The notes: a model not told the origin generated them from the letters alone. A DNA stretch of 64,000 nucleotides from Heteronotia binoei (GCF_032191835.1 NC_083226.1:16864001-16928000), one strand, 5' to 3'. Positions 34,630 through 47,931 are shown, counted from the stretch's first letter. Made by a program: numbers and translations.

Positions 34630-35123
34630 GCAGAGGCCAACTAGAATGATTACAGGTTTGGAGCACTTTCCCTATGAAGAAAGGTTAAAACGCTTGGGGC
34701 TCTTTAGCTTGGAGAAACGTCAACTGCGGGGTGACATGATAGAGGTTTACAAGATTATGCATGAGATGGAGAAAGTAGAGAAAGAAGTCCTTTTCTCCCT
34801 TTCTCACAATACAAGAACTCGGGGGCATTCAATGAAATTGCTGAGCAGTCGGGTTAGAATGGATAAAAGGAAGTCCTTCTTCACCCAAAGGGTGATTAAC
34901 ATGTGGAATTCACTGCCACAGGAGATGGTGGTGGCCGCAAGCATAGCCAGCTTCAAGAGGGGGTTAGATAAAAATATGGAGCAGAGGTCCATCAGTGGCT
35001 ATTAGCCACAGTGTGTATATATGTGTATGTGTGTATATATATAAATTTTTGGCCACTGTGTGACAGAGTGTCGGACTGGATGGGCCATTGGCCTGATCCA
35101 ACATGGCTTCTCTTATGTTCTTA
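34630..35123 (+). mobile_element. CR1 LINE 3' end; similar ends at 47205-47625, 62790-63237 and 52262-52630(-)
   Basis: EHFPYEERLKRLGLFSLEKRQLRGDMIEVYKI; tail ggcctgatccaacatggcttctcttatgttctta. Confidence 0.92.
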
Positions 35124-35659
35124 ATAGGGTTGCCAAGTCCAATTCAAGAAATATCTGGGGACTTTGGGGGTGGAGCCGGGAGACTTTGGGGGTGGAGTCA
35201 GGAGACATTGGGGTGGAGCCAAGATCAAGGCTGTGACAAGCATAATTGAACTCCATAGGGAGTTCTGGCCATCACATTTAAAGGGACGGCACACCTTTTC
35301 AATGCCTTCCTTCCATAGGAAATAGTGAAAGATAGGGGCACCTTCTTTTGGGGCTCATAGAATTGGACTCCCTGGTCCATTCTTTTTTAAACTTGGGGGG
35401 GTATTTTGGGGAGAGGCACTAGATGCTATACCAAAAATTTGGTGCCTCTATCCCAAAAAACAGCCCCCCCCCAAAGCCCCAGATACCCATGGATCAATTC
35501 TCCATGATTTTCTATGGGAATAAATCTCCATAGGGAATAACAGAGTTCCCAGCAGACATTCCCCTCCCCTCCCCCGCCGCTTTCTGACGACCCTGAAGTG
35601 GGGGGGGGGGCCTCCAAACCGGGGGATCCCCTGCCCCCACCTGGGGATTGGCAACCCTA
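35124..35659. mobile_element. hAT MITE (tagggttgccaa TIR); partial copy at about 38270-38730
   Basis: tagggttgccaa...ttggcaacccta. Confidence 0.8.
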
Positions 35660-35689
35660 GTTCTTAAGGACATCTGCGCTTCCTCCCCT

Positions 35690-36130
35690 CTTACGGCCGT
35701 ACGACGCGACGCGACGCAAAGCCAATCCCGCGCTCAGCTTGAAGCGCGGCCCCGTTTGGCGACAGTGGGCAGGGCTGGCGGAGCGAGGCCGCCCCGGGCT
35801 AGGCGGGGTTTCCTAGGCGACGCGCGGGCCAGAGCGTGGCGGCGCGTTTGAGGCCTGCTCGCTGTTTGTCTCGACATGTCCCTGGTAAGAGGCAGCCGCT
35901 TCCTGACGCCGGCCGGGAGGAAGCCGCCCAAAGGCCGAAGGAAGAAGCCGCCGGCCAAGCAGGAGTGGGACGTAAGTCCGGGCGTGTGAATGGGGCCGCC
36001 TCGCTCCGAATTAGTCCAGAATCAGAATCCCCCCTCTCGCGCCCTTCATTCCGTCCCAGGAGACCTCCTCCCCCGGTGGAGACTGACGGGCGCCGCTTTG
36101 CACGGAAACCAGCGCGAATCTGTGCAAACA
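35690..36130 (+). promoter_or_regulatory. SPICE1 CpG-island promoter with CCAAT box (35722) and RFX X-box-like site GTTTCCTAGGCGAC (35808-35821)
   Basis: CpG-dense region spanning the first coding exon; motifs read directly. Confidence 0.7.
35876..35971 (+). CDS. SPICE1: SPICE1 coding exon 1
   Basis: MSLVRGSRFLTPAGRKPPKGRRKKPPAKQEWD|gtaagt vs human MSFVRV...KKKKTSVKQEWD. Confidence 0.9.
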
Positions 36131-37896
36131 ATTGCTACCTGCGGCTGCTAATGGGCAGATTCCTTGGAGACTTACAGGGAAATGTTGTTTCTTTGCGCTT
36201 GCACTGATGGAAGAGTGGATGTTTTGCTGGTCTTGTGGAATAGCATTGGAAGGCACAGGACAGAACCAAAAATAAGCATGTTGCTTATTTAGTCCGTTTT
36301 GATCCCCCCCCCCTCCCCAGCTCTGCAAGGAACTGCAAGAAAATTTCTAGGGTATATAAACTAGAGCCTCTAGTTCTCCCCCCACCTCAATTCTTGCCTG
36401 TTGAGACCCTTCCCTGTGGGTGGAATTTGGATTGTTTGCCAGCCATTCTAGCTAAATTGTGAGATAGGTATGCAGCCCCATCCAATAGCAGAGCAGACTT
36501 TTAAATATTCATGGGAGTTAATGTATTGTATGTGTTGTATGATGTGTCGCTGTATATCTGTGTTGTGTGCTGCCCCGAGTCCTGCTTGCAGGAAATGGGG
36601 CGGGTAGAAATCAAATAAACTAAACATGTTTCACTCCTTTCTCTTGTCTTCCCAAGAGCCCTTGAGGTAGGTGAGACTCAAAGAGCGTGGGGGTTGGGTG
36701 AGCTTGGTCTCAGATCTGACACTTGGACCCCGTTTTTATTATAATTTTTGCACGGTGTTGTAAATTCAGGGATCGAATTGCAAGACACAACGCTATTTAA
36801 AAAAATTTAAAAATACAAGCATGGATTGGGAAGGATGAATAATTCCTGTTTGAATGCAGTTTATAGCCATCTACAGCAGACCCCTCAAGAGAGTCTCTGT
36901 TTAAAGAGTTTCTGGTGAGTCGGTTTGCACAGAAGAGCCAAATTTGAGTCCAGTTGCACCATAAAGACCAACAGAATTTCTAAGGTTATATAAACTTTTT
37001 TCTAATTCAGGGATGGCCAAACTGTGGCCCAGGAGCCACGTATGGCTCTTATCACACAAATTGTGTGGCCAGGCCTGGCGCATGGGGTTCTGCCGCTCCA
37101 GGCAGCTCCCTGTGCCACGCCTCCGCCCCCCAGCTCTGGTCAATTTTGTGCGTGTGGGGCACAATCACCCCATTGGCCAGCTTGGAGAAGGCATTTGTCC
37201 CTTTAAATCACTTCAGCAAGCCACATCAGCCAGTGTCTTGGAGAATGCATTTAAAGTTAAAGTTGCTTTCTTTCCACCTCTTCCTCTCTCCTGTCTATCG
37301 TCTGCCTGTCCATCTATCATTTCCTTCCTTCCTTCCTTCCTCTGATGTTCTTGTGTTGTGGCTCTCAAACATCTGACATTTACTCCGTGTGGCTCTTATG
37401 TTAAGCAATTTTGGCCACCCCTGTTCTACTGCAAGAAGTTAATGTTGTGATTTTTTTTTTTACAAAAAAAACCCACCTTGCTCAAAGAACAGTATGTAAA
37501 TCCCACGCCTCAGATTCAGTGGGAGCTCACAGGAGCACAGCTCCTGAACCTTTCTGAGAGTTCCTCCTCCTCCTTCTGAGAGTTCCACCTCCTTATCCAT
37601 TGAATAGTATGTGCAGCTGCATAACAATCCCTGGATGAGCTCCACCACCTATTTTTCTACAAAACGACCTCTGTCTGGCAAATCCTAAAACTCCGTGATG
37701 TTTGTCGGGAAAGCAGCCCTGTTTGGTTAGTTCATTTTACGGATGACTTTCTATTAAGCATTTGTGACTGTGATTTGGTTTCTAATCTTATTGAAGTGCA
37801 GCTGGGTGTTGGGAAGTGGCATGCTGGGAAAATAATATTCCTTGGCTGTTCTCGGGCTTTGCTTTCTGCTCTTACGTGTGATGTCTTTTGTGGCAG

Positions 37897-37944
37897 GCCA
37901 CTGTTCAGGACCTCACCGTGCACCGTGCGACTCCTGAGGAACTG
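37897..37944 (+). CDS. SPICE1: SPICE1 exon 2
   Basis: ATVQDLTVHRATPEEL vs human NTVTDLTVHRATPEDL; ag/gt flanks. Confidence 0.93.
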
Positions 37945-39539
37945 GTAAGGCGGACCTCTAACTTCATGCGCACGTTAGAATGATGTGTTGTGGTTTGTGC
38001 TTAGCAGGGGCTGTCCTGTAATAAACCTTCCCTGTGCCTGCTGCCCGTTCCACTTTTTCGTTTCTCTCCCCTCACACTTCTTGTCGATCACTTCTGTTCT
38101 CTGAGCTTAGCTGAGGAGAAAAGCAGCCAGTGATCAAACTGGGAAGATTCAGTAACCTTGTCTCCATGCCCCTTTCTCTGTTGAATAAGCCACTTACTTA
38201 CCTGGCCCTTAATTTATGGTAGTTCCTTTGCGGAGGGAATTATCAGGGCGTGGTTTCTGTCTGTATTGAAACCAATTCAAGAAATATCTGGGGACTTTGG
38301 GGGTGGAGCCAGAAGACTGGGGGTGGAGCCAGAAGCAGGGTTGTGACAAGCATAACTGAACTCCAAAGGGAGTTCTGGCCATCACATTTAGAGGGACCAC
38401 ACACCTTTTAAATGCCCTCCCTCCTTAGGGAATAATGAAGGATAGGGGCTCCTAGAATTGGACCCTCCCCCGTCCAATCTTTTTGAAATGCGGAGGGTCT
38501 TTTGGGGAGAGGAACTGGATGGTACGCTGCAAATTTGGTGCCTCTACCTCAAAAAACAGCCTCCCCAGAGCCCGAGAAACTCGCAGGTCAATTCTCCATT
38601 GTACCCTAGGGGATTCGGTCTCCATAGGGAACAATGGAGTGCCCAGCAGACATTTCTCCCCCCCCTTTCTGATTTCCCTGCAGCGGGGGGAGAGCGATCC
38701 CCTGCCCCCACCTGGGGATTGGCAGCTCTAACTGAAACAGATGTATCCCGCCCTCCATGCTGAATCTCAGAGCAGCTCACAATTTCCTTTCCCTTCCTCC
38801 CCCACAACAAACACCCTGTGAGGTGGGTGGGGCTGAGAGGACTCTCACAGCAGCTGCCCTTTCAAGGACAACCTCTGCCAGAGCTCTGGCTGACCCAAGG
38901 CCATTCCAGCAGGTGCAAGTGGAGGAGTGGGGAATCAAACCCAGTACTCTCAGATAAGAGTCCACACAATGGCTCTCCCTGGTTCATGGTGATGTTTGTG
39001 CCCCGGTTCAGAAAAGAGACGCTGCTTGGCAGGACTTCTTTGTTGGTCATCTCATCTCATTTCTTCTTATTCTTCTCTCTGTTCCTCAAGTGCATGGAGT
39101 TTGATTTAAATTGAATAACTTATTCTGAGCACAATAGTTGTGGCGCCAAGCATCCATTTCTTTTAAGGGCCGAGAACACCACCGGGAGGATTTCCCTTCA
39201 AGGTTATATTTTCATTTTAGAAGTGTCTGTTCTGAAGGTTTCATAGTAATCAAACTTCATCCAATTGTGTACTTTTCCCCCCAGTATAAATTAATCTTGA
39301 ACTGCAAAATTGTTTGAGCAATGCTGGGATGATGGGACAGGCTATTTTGTCTGTTCCTTGGCTGGTGGTGTTGAGCTTTTTGCTTTCAAATGCCACTGAC
39401 CACAATGTCTCTACCCGCCAACTGGATTCTAGTTCCTAAAATATCAACCAGTCGATATAGGAAGCCACCTAGCTGTAGCATTGCCGCAACGTGTCCCTTG
39501 GGTTAGCTGTTTGAGAAGAGCATCCTTTACCCCATCCAG

Positions 39540-39686
39540 GTGCGGCGCCATGAGATGCATAAGTCAAAGAACAAAGCCCTGGTACGTTCGGAATTGCAAG
39601 AGAAGGCGTTAAAGAGCAAATGGAAGAAACAGAAGGCAAGAGTTCCTGAGTCTTTGGAAAGAAGAAAACTGGCCCTAATGAGAGAG
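39540..39686 (+). CDS. SPICE1: SPICE1 exon 3
   Basis: [32 protein letters not shown]...LALMRE. Confidence 0.95.
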
Positions 39687-39814
39687 GTAAGATCTCTGTG
39701 GCTTCCATCATTAACAGCTTCTTTCAAAATGCACAATATATTTTCTGTGCGCCGCAATCTTGTGGGTCTCGGCTCTTAGTAGACCAGTAGCGTTCACTCT
39801 GAATTGTGGAGAGC

Positions 39815-40327
39815 CATGTTTGCAGAACTTGGCCTGGATGAAGCACAAGCTTCATTGATTGGAGGGAAAAACATCAACAACCTCAGATATGCAGGTGATG
39901 ATACTCTAATGGCAGAAAGTGAGGAGGACCTAAAGAACCTCTTGTCGAGGGTGAAAGAGGAGAGCACAAAAGTAGGCTTGAAACTCAACATCAAAAAAAC
40001 TAAGTTCATGGCATCCGGCCCCATCACTCCTTGGCAAATAGAAGGGGAAGACATGGAAGTCGTGACAGACTTAAATTTCTGGGATCCAAGATCACTGCAC
40101 ATGGTGACTGTAGCCATGAAATTAAAAGACGCTTGCTCCTTGGGAGGACAGCTATGGCAAACCTAGGCAGTATAATAAAAAGTAGAGACATCACCGTGCC
40201 AACGAAAGTCCATATAGTCAAAGCCATGGTATTCCCAGTAGTAAGGTATGGCTTTGAGAGTTGGACCATAAGGAAGACTGAGTGCAGAAAAATAGATGCT
40301 TTTGAGCTGTGGTGCTGGAGAAGACTC
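39815..40327 (+). mobile_element. RTE-BovB LINE RT fragment
   Basis: NINNLRYAGDDTLMAESEEDLKNLLSRVKEESTKVGLKLNIKKTK; FELWCWRRL. Confidence 0.92.
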
Positions 40328-41250
40328 AGAGACAGGTCCTCTTGTGGATCAAAAACTGGCTGATTAACAGGAAGCAGAGAGTGAGCATAAATGGGCAGTC
40401 TTTGCAGTGGAGGACGGTAAGCAGTGGGGTGTTGCAGGGCTCAGTCCTGGGTTCCATGCTCTTTAACTTGTTCATAAATGATTTGGAGTTGGGAGTAAGC
40501 AGTGAAGTGGCCAAGTTTGCAGATGACACTAAATTGTTCAGGGTGGTGAGAACCAGAGAGGATTGTGAGGCACTCCAAAGGGAACTGTTGAGGCTGGGTG
40601 AGTGGGCGTCAATGTGGCAGATGAGGTTCAATGTGGCCAAGTGCAAAGTAATGCACATTGGGGCCAAGAATCCCAGCTACAAATACAAGTTGATGGGGTG
40701 TGAACTGGCAGAGACTGACCAAGAGAGAGATCTTAGGGTCGTGGTAGATAACTCATTGAAAATGTCAAGACAGTGTGCGATTGCAATAAAAAAGGCCAAC
40801 GCCATGCTGGGAATTATTAGGAAGGGAATTGATAACAAATCAGCCAGTATCATAATGCCCCTGTATAAATCGATGGTGCGGTCTCATTTAGAGTACTGTG
40901 TGCAGTTCTGGTCACCACACCTCAAAAAGGATATTATAGCATTGGAGAAAGTCCAGAAAAGGGCAACTAGAATGATTAAAGGGTTGGAACACTTTCCCTA
41001 TGAAGAAAGGTTGAAACGCTTGGGGCTCTTTAGCTTGGAGTAACGTTGACTGTGGGGTGACATGATAGAGGTTTACAAGATAATGCATGGGATGGAAAAA
41101 GTAGAGAAATAAGTACTTTTCTCCCTTTCTCACAATACAAGAACTCGTGGGCATTCAATGAAATTGCTGAGCAGACAGGTTAAAACGGATAAAAGGAAGT
41201 ACTTCTTCACCCAAAGGGTGATTAACATGTGGAATTCACTGCCACAGGAG
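40328..41250 (+). mobile_element. 5'-truncated CR1 LINE ORF2 (RT to 3' region) abutting the BovB fragment
   Basis: QVLLWIKNWL...VLQGSVLG..LFNLFINDL...KFADDTKLF...HLEYCVQFWSPH. Confidence 0.95.
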
Positions 41251-41855
41251 ACCCCTTACGCCAACCAGCCGGAACTGTGTTCCTGTGCATTCCTGTTCAA
41301 AAAAACCCCTCTTTGTGGGACATGCAAGACAAATTTGTGTGTTTGTGCATGTGTTTATTATTAAACTAGTTGTATGGTTGCAATTTGAGCCCCATGGCAC
41401 AGAGTGGTAGAGCTGTAGTACTGCAGTCAGAGCCCTCTGCTCACAACCTGAGTTCGATCCCAGCAGAAGCTGGTTCAGGTAGCCAGCTTAGGTTGACTCA
41501 GCCTTCCATCCTTCCGAGGTCGGTAAAATGAGTCCCCAGCTTACTGGGGGGGGGGGGGGGAGTGTAAATGACTGCGGAAGGCAATGGCAAACCACCCCGT
41601 AAAAAGTCTGCCGTGAAAACGTTGTGAAAGCAACATCACCCCAGAGTTGGAAACGACTGGTGCTTACAAAGGGGACTACCTTTATGGTTGCAACCTGCAT
41701 TTTGAAAATTGGCTGGTCAGAATAAAACGTAGCTTTTCATGGATGCTGTCGCCAAAGGTCCGCACGTTCCTATGAGTGACTGCATAAAGGAGAAAGGAAG
41801 AAATAAACTGAAAGCGCAGTGTATGACTTTCCCCTCTGCGATCTATCCCTTTTAG

Positions 41856-41958
41856 ATCCTTTCTGACCAGTACCATATGCAGGATGTCCTGGAGAGATCC
41901 GATCGGGCCATGGCTGTGGTGAAGGACCTGTTCGGAGATGCCCCTCGCAGGCACATAG
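41856..41958 (+). CDS. SPICE1: SPICE1 exon 4
   Basis: ILSDQYHMQDVLERSDRAMAVVKDLFGDAPRRHI, phase 0 to 1. Confidence 0.95.
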
Positions 41959-44833
41959 GTGAAGTTTGCTAAGTGAAATTAGTCTTAGCTATTAATACAG
42001 TACAATTTTATAGTGCAAACCCCAGACAACAAACTTGCAAAGTTATATGCCGGAAATGCTTTTTTCATGTCGCTTGGTATGATAGGAAAGACGTGGGCCT
42101 TCTGAGTAGCTTTGGGATGCTGACACGGCCAGCTGGACAGCTTCTTTAGCATGGTATAAGTAGAGACCTGTTATAAAGTGATTTCTGTAAGCAGAACAGT
42201 CTTCAGTAATGGTGGATTTAAATAATGTTGCAGAGTGTATTTCATTGTGCACGGTTATCTCCGGGTCTTCAGCCTCCAGGTGGGGCCTGGAGATCTCCTG
42301 CTTTTATAACTGATCTCCAGCTGGCAGAGATCAGCTTCCCTGGAGGAAACGGCTGCTTTGAAGGGTGGGCTCTAGGCCATTGTTCCCTGCTGAGGCCCCT
42401 CCTCTCCCCAAACCCTACCTTCTCCTGGATTCATCCCCAAAATCTCTAGGTATTTTCCAGCACTGACCTGGCAGTCCTAGGAAGGCAGGAAAATAGGTGG
42501 GAGGGAGAGGTGAAAGAAAGCAACTTCCACTTTAAATGTATTCTCCAAGCCGCCAGCTGGCTCAGTTCGGAGACGTAATTTGAAAAGGGAAATGCCTTCT
42601 CCAAGGCGGTGGGGGCTTCGAGAGCCACGCAATACGTGTGAAAGAGCCACATGTGGCAGTGTGGCCACCCCTGGGCTAGATGGTCATCTGACAGCCATGC
42701 CAATTCTGTAAATATACTTTTCAACGTAATTTTGAAAATTTCAACCTTCTGTTATCATACAAAATATTTCACAAGTCATGCCCTGAGAAACAAACACCCA
42801 TACTTTGTGCAAAAGAAGGACATGAATGAGTACGACCAGTCCAGTCCTGGAAATATACCAAAAGAGTCCTTCTACTGAAAAAGGAATCCCCGTTCCGGTT
42901 CCTGAGGACACGAGGTGATAGTAAGAATTCCGCAGCGTTCAGTTGTCTTGTACAGTGATCTTGAAACGCAGCAAACACAGCGACGAGGCAGTACTTTCAT
43001 CTTTCCTCGTTTCGATAGAAGCTTTCGCCAGCTGCGTTAAAAATACAACATACTTGTGAAATATTTTGTATGAGAGTGATGACAGAATGTTGACATTTTC
43101 TAAATTATGTTAAAAAGTCTTTTCTGTGTGAGGCTGGTTATCACAGAACCCTGGGGGGGGGGGTTCTTTTGCCGCTCTCAGCCATGATTCTCTGTTTGGG
43201 TTGCAGAGTTCTGTAAATATGGGCAGACTGTGAGGGAGGGGGGGGGGCAGGAAGGGATACCCGAGGGAATGCTGATCACTGCCCCGGGGTCAGAAAGGAA
43301 TTTTTCTCCAGGCCAAATTGGCTCAGGGATCCAGAAGGGTTGTGTATTTTTTTTTTTTTTGCCTTCCTCTGGATATAGAGCAGCGGGGTCAGTGGGTGGT
43401 TAGTGAGGTAGCTGTGAATTTCGTGCTTTGTGCAGAGAGATGGACTAGATAACCCTTGATGTTCCGTCCGTTCCTGTGTTTCTATGAGCTAGAAACCCAC
43501 GGCCATTGTTTGTGCTTTGGAATCCCAGCGTGCATCTCCCCATCCCAGAACCGGCCAGCTACCCACTCAGTGAATCATGAGAAAATCCATTCTCTTTCAC
43601 CTTCTTCCCTGTGTCCAGTGTTCCCTTGAAGCGGAGTTAGCTTGAGCCGGCTCACAGATTTTTAGCCTCCGGCTCGCACATTTTCGTCTTAGCTCAGGAA
43701 GGGTGACCCCAGAGCACGCTAGTTTATGCAGTAGCTCACGACTTTTAATGCCAGCAGCTCGCAAAGTAGATTTTTTGCTCACAAGACTCTGCAGCTTAGA
43801 GGGAACATCGCCTGCATCTCTTCCCTTGTCTCCAGTACCTTCCCGCTCTTTTCTCTGGCGTATTTATTTCCTCTCCTGTGCCTCTTCCCCGCTAAGTAAC
43901 TTTGGCACATGTGCTGTTTGTGGTGAGGCTTCACTGCCAGAAGAACAGCACAACCCATACATATTTTGTTTATTAAAATGGTTATCTCTGATCTTTCCTC
44001 ATGTCTTGAGATCACTTTTCTATCGCAGCTAAAACATGAGAATCAGTAGAATAAAGCCCCAGATATCCTCACTCCCAAGGATATATTTCTCTTTTCATGC
44101 ATCTGATGGAAGTGGTCTGCAATAAATAGGTTTTTATACCCTGCTTTTCTCTACCTTAAGGAGCCCCGTGGCGCAGAGTGTTAAAGTTGCAGTACTGCAG
44201 TCCTAAGCTCTGCTCATGACCTGCGTTCGATCCCCTGCGGAAGCTGGGTTTTCAGGTAGCCGGCTCGAGGTTGACTCAGCCTTCCATCCTTCCGAGATGG
44301 GTAAAATGAGTCCCCAGCTTGCTGGGGGGAAAGTGTAGATGACTGGAGAAGGCAATGGCAAACCACCCCGTAAAAAGTGAAAGCAACATCACCCCAGAGT
44401 CGAAAACGACTGGTGCTTGCACAGGGGACCTTTCCTTCCTTCCTCTACCTTAAGGAGTCTCAAAGCAAATCACAATTGCCTCCCTTCCTCTCCCCACAAC
44501 AGGCACTTAGTGAGGTACGTGGGGCTGAGAGAGCTCGGAGAGGACTGTGACTGGCCCAAGATCAGCCAGCTAGCTGTACGTGGAGGAGGAGTGGAGGAAT
44601 CAAACACGGCTCTCCAGACTCCACCACACCACTCTTGCTCTTTATGTGCCGCAGACTCGGTTCCCCTTCTGAAATTTCATGCGCTGTTTCTCTGCACATC
44701 TGAGGAAGACAACTAAGGCTTCCTTGGCAGCAGTGTGTTCTTTTGTGTCCCCAGTCCAGTGTAATAAGCGTAACTTCCGTGATTCATCCTAACACTTTTT
44801 ATGGCCTTGTGGTCTTCCTTTGCCATTTCCCAG

Positions 44834-44955
44834 GCTTCCCGAATGTGACGGTGGCTCCTGACTGTGACGCAGAATCCACTCAAGGACCCATTGCACAACA
44901 GCGGGATCCCCCTACGCAGCTCTCCGTTCTTAGTGAGTCCATCATGGATCCCCAG
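44834..44955 (+). CDS. SPICE1: SPICE1 exon 5
   Basis: GFPNVTVAPDCDAESTQGPI...SESIMDPQ, phase 1 to 0. Confidence 0.95.
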
Positions 44956-45074
44956 GTAACAGGATTTCGGGGTTTAAGATGTGTCATAATGCTGTGATCC
45001 TGTGCAGTTACGCTGCTCTAAGCTCACTGAAAAACAGGCTTAGATTGGAGTGACTCTGCATAGGCTTGCACTGA

Positions 45075-45675
45075 GAGCCGGTTGGGTGGAGTGGTTAAGT
45101 GTGCAGACTCTTATCTGGGAGAACCGGGTTTGATTCCCCACTCCTCCACTTGCAGCTACTGCAATGGCCTTGGGTCAGCCATAGGCAGTTTGGCGTAGTG
45201 GTTAAGTGCGCGGACTCTTATCTGGGAGAACTGGGTTTGATTCCTCACTCCTCCCCTTGCAGCTGCTGGAATGGCCTTGGGTCAGCCATAGGCAGTTTGG
45301 TGTAGTGGTTAAGTGTGCGGACTCTTATCTGGAAGAACCGGGTTTGATTCCCTACTCCTCCACTTGCAGTTGCCGGAATGGGCTTGGGTCAACTATAGGC
45401 AGTTTGATGTCGTGGTTAAATGCGCAGACTCTTATCTGGGAGAACCGGGTTTGATTCCCTACTCCTCCACTTGCAGCTGCTGAAATGGCCTTGGGTCAGC
45501 CATAGCTCTCGTAGGAGTTGTCCTTGAAAGGGCAGCTGCTGTGAGAGCCCTCTCAGCCCCACCTACCTCACAGGGTGTCTGTTGTGGGGGGAGAAGATAT
45601 AGGAGATTGTGAGCCGCTCTGAGTCTCTGATTCAGAGAGAAGGGCAGGGTATAAATCTGCAGTCTTCTTCTTCTT
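45075..45675 (+). mobile_element. Squam3-type SINE with four tandem 107-bp tRNA-like heads
   Basis: Heads at about 45077, 45185, 45292 and 45399, then a single body. Confidence 0.9.
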
Positions 45676-47931
45676 CACTGGAAGCGAGGTAGGCTGCCCA
45701 AGAGCTGAATTGCTCCTTGTGGTCGAGATGGGGGTGTGGGTGGGGGCCGGAGGTGTGTGTCTTGATTGTCAGTCATTGTCAGTGGAACGAGTCAAACAGT
45801 GGTTGTGGAACGGTCATGCTTTTGCTGGTTGTGATAAAAAAAAGTGTGCTGAGAAAATGTCAGCCTTAAATAGGCGTTTTAGAGTTCTTGTGCAATAATT
45901 GCCCAGATCGGAAGATGCAGTATTGTTTCATGGGAAAGTGGGTCAAAAAGAAATGGGAGCTCAACGCTGAAAACATATCAGAGAGCCAAAAAAAGGTTCA
46001 TCAGGCAAACCTTTGAATGCATATAATTTTTGGAAAAAACTTTTAAATGAGTTTTAGCTTTCTGCAGGGCTCTTCTTCCAGGGCCTACTGTAAGCTCTCG
46101 GAGGATTGACTACATCGGGGGGGGCGGGGTGCAGCCAAATAAGCAAAGGAGTTCCTGCTACAAAAAAAGGCCTGCTTTTCTGTAAATTATACAAACGCCT
46201 TAACAGTTGCTCTACTATGCGCATACAGCTGGTCAAAGAATATGACAAAAAACGCCAAATGCATTTCGGCTCACGGCCTTCCTCAGTGGTGCAATAAAAC
46301 AACTTTGTGATGAACATCAGGGTAATCAGGAGTCATTTTGCAGAAAAATAGGTGGTGGAGCTCATCCAGGGATTGCTATGCAGCTGCACCTACTATTCAA
46401 TGGACAAGGAGGTGGAACTCTCCGAAGGAGGAGGTGAAACTCTCAGGAAGGTTCAGGAGCTGTGCTCGTGTGAGCTCCCACTGAATCTGAGGCCTATATC
46501 CAAATATGTATCCAAATATGTACCGGAAAACCTCCTCATGCTTTGCGTGTATTGTAGACTTGTAATCTAGTTGGAAGTGAGAATTCGTACAGTCTGTATT
46601 TCTGATAAGCCTTTCTTGAAGTCCTGTCACTAATATATGGGGTGTAGGCACATAACCCAGTCAAAAAAAGGATAGTTTACTATTTGTACGAGCATCCAAC
46701 AGCATTCAAGACCGACTGGAAGAATTCTGGTTTTTTAAATCATATGTATTCAGAGGTTTGTATAGTTTTTTGGGCTATTTTATTCCTAGGAATGCACCAA
46801 TATCCTTCAAAGGCATGGTATAAGGAGCAAGAAAACCTGGGTTTTCTTTACTGATGGCTTAGCCTTAGGCAGCTCTCAAAGTTGGGAAGTAAAATGCAGT
46901 TCTTTCCCACGTGTTTCAAAAGCGCACTACATTAATTTAAGGTTGTGTTGAGATTTTCTTTTAAATTATGTGTTTGGTCAGTTGGAATTACTTGATTGAA
47001 CTCGCAAAGATGTGGATAGTGTGTCTGTAATCTTTATCAAAGGTCATTTTCGTTGCCAATCGCAGCTGACTTATAGCACCCCCCGGTGGCATTTTCAAGG
47101 CAAGAACCTAACAGGTGGTTCGCCGTTGCCTGCCTCTACATAACAACCCTGGTATTCCTTGGGTCGCCCTTCCAAATACTAGCCAAGGCTGACCCTGCTT
47201 AGTTTCTCCCTTTCTCACAATACAAGAACTCGTGGGCATTCAATGAAATCGCTGAGCAGTCGGGTTAAAACGGATAAAAGGAAGTCCTTCTTCACCCAAA
47301 GGGTGATCAACATGTGGAATTCACTGCCGCAGGAGGTGGCGGCGGCTACAAGCATAGCCAGCTTCAAGAGGGGAATGGATAAGCATATGGAGCAGAGGTG
47401 CATCAGTGGCTATTAGCTACAGCTTATCTTTGGAACTCTCTGTCTGAAGCAGAAATGCTCTGTATTCTTGGTGCTTGGGGGGGTCACAGTGGGAGGGCTT
47501 CCAGTACTCCTCGCCCCACTGCTGGACCTCCTGATGGCACTTGGATTTTTTGGCCGCTGTGTGCCACAGAATGTTGGACTGGATGGGCCACTGGCCTGAT
47601 CCAACATGGCTTCTCTTATGTTCTTTCTGACATCAGGGTAGCCTGGTCAGAGCATCAAAGGTTATACATCCCAGTCGATGCAGGCTTAGCTCTATTCAAG
47701 CTGAATCCCTCAAAAGCAATGTTTAGACATTTAGTATACTCCAGCGCTGAGCTGGGTTTTCTCTGCAGTTACATGGTAGGTGAGATATCTTCCCCGCCCG
47801 TCAGCTGGGCCATCTGGTAGGGATTGAGCTAGATCAGTTTCCATCTTGTGAAATACAGCTGTAAAAAAATAATATCAGATTTGTAATGCTCCCCCGCAAC
47901 GTTTTATGATGTTCCATATGTTTTTTGGAAG

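Noticed and set aside
22612-35876. NPR2-like/SPICE1 read-through fusion
   Set aside because: SPICE1 has its own CpG promoter and ATG exon, and the exon 6 end (phase 1) does not fit SPICE1 exons 2-4 (phase 0).
40309-41043. 244-aa ORF as a host gene or novel chimeric retroelement
   Set aside because: It is a 5'-truncated CR1 abutting a BovB fragment; the frame joining is incidental and a stop follows.
45075-45505. tRNA gene cluster
   Set aside because: A and B boxes are present, but the heads continue into SINE sequence with no complete cloverleaf.
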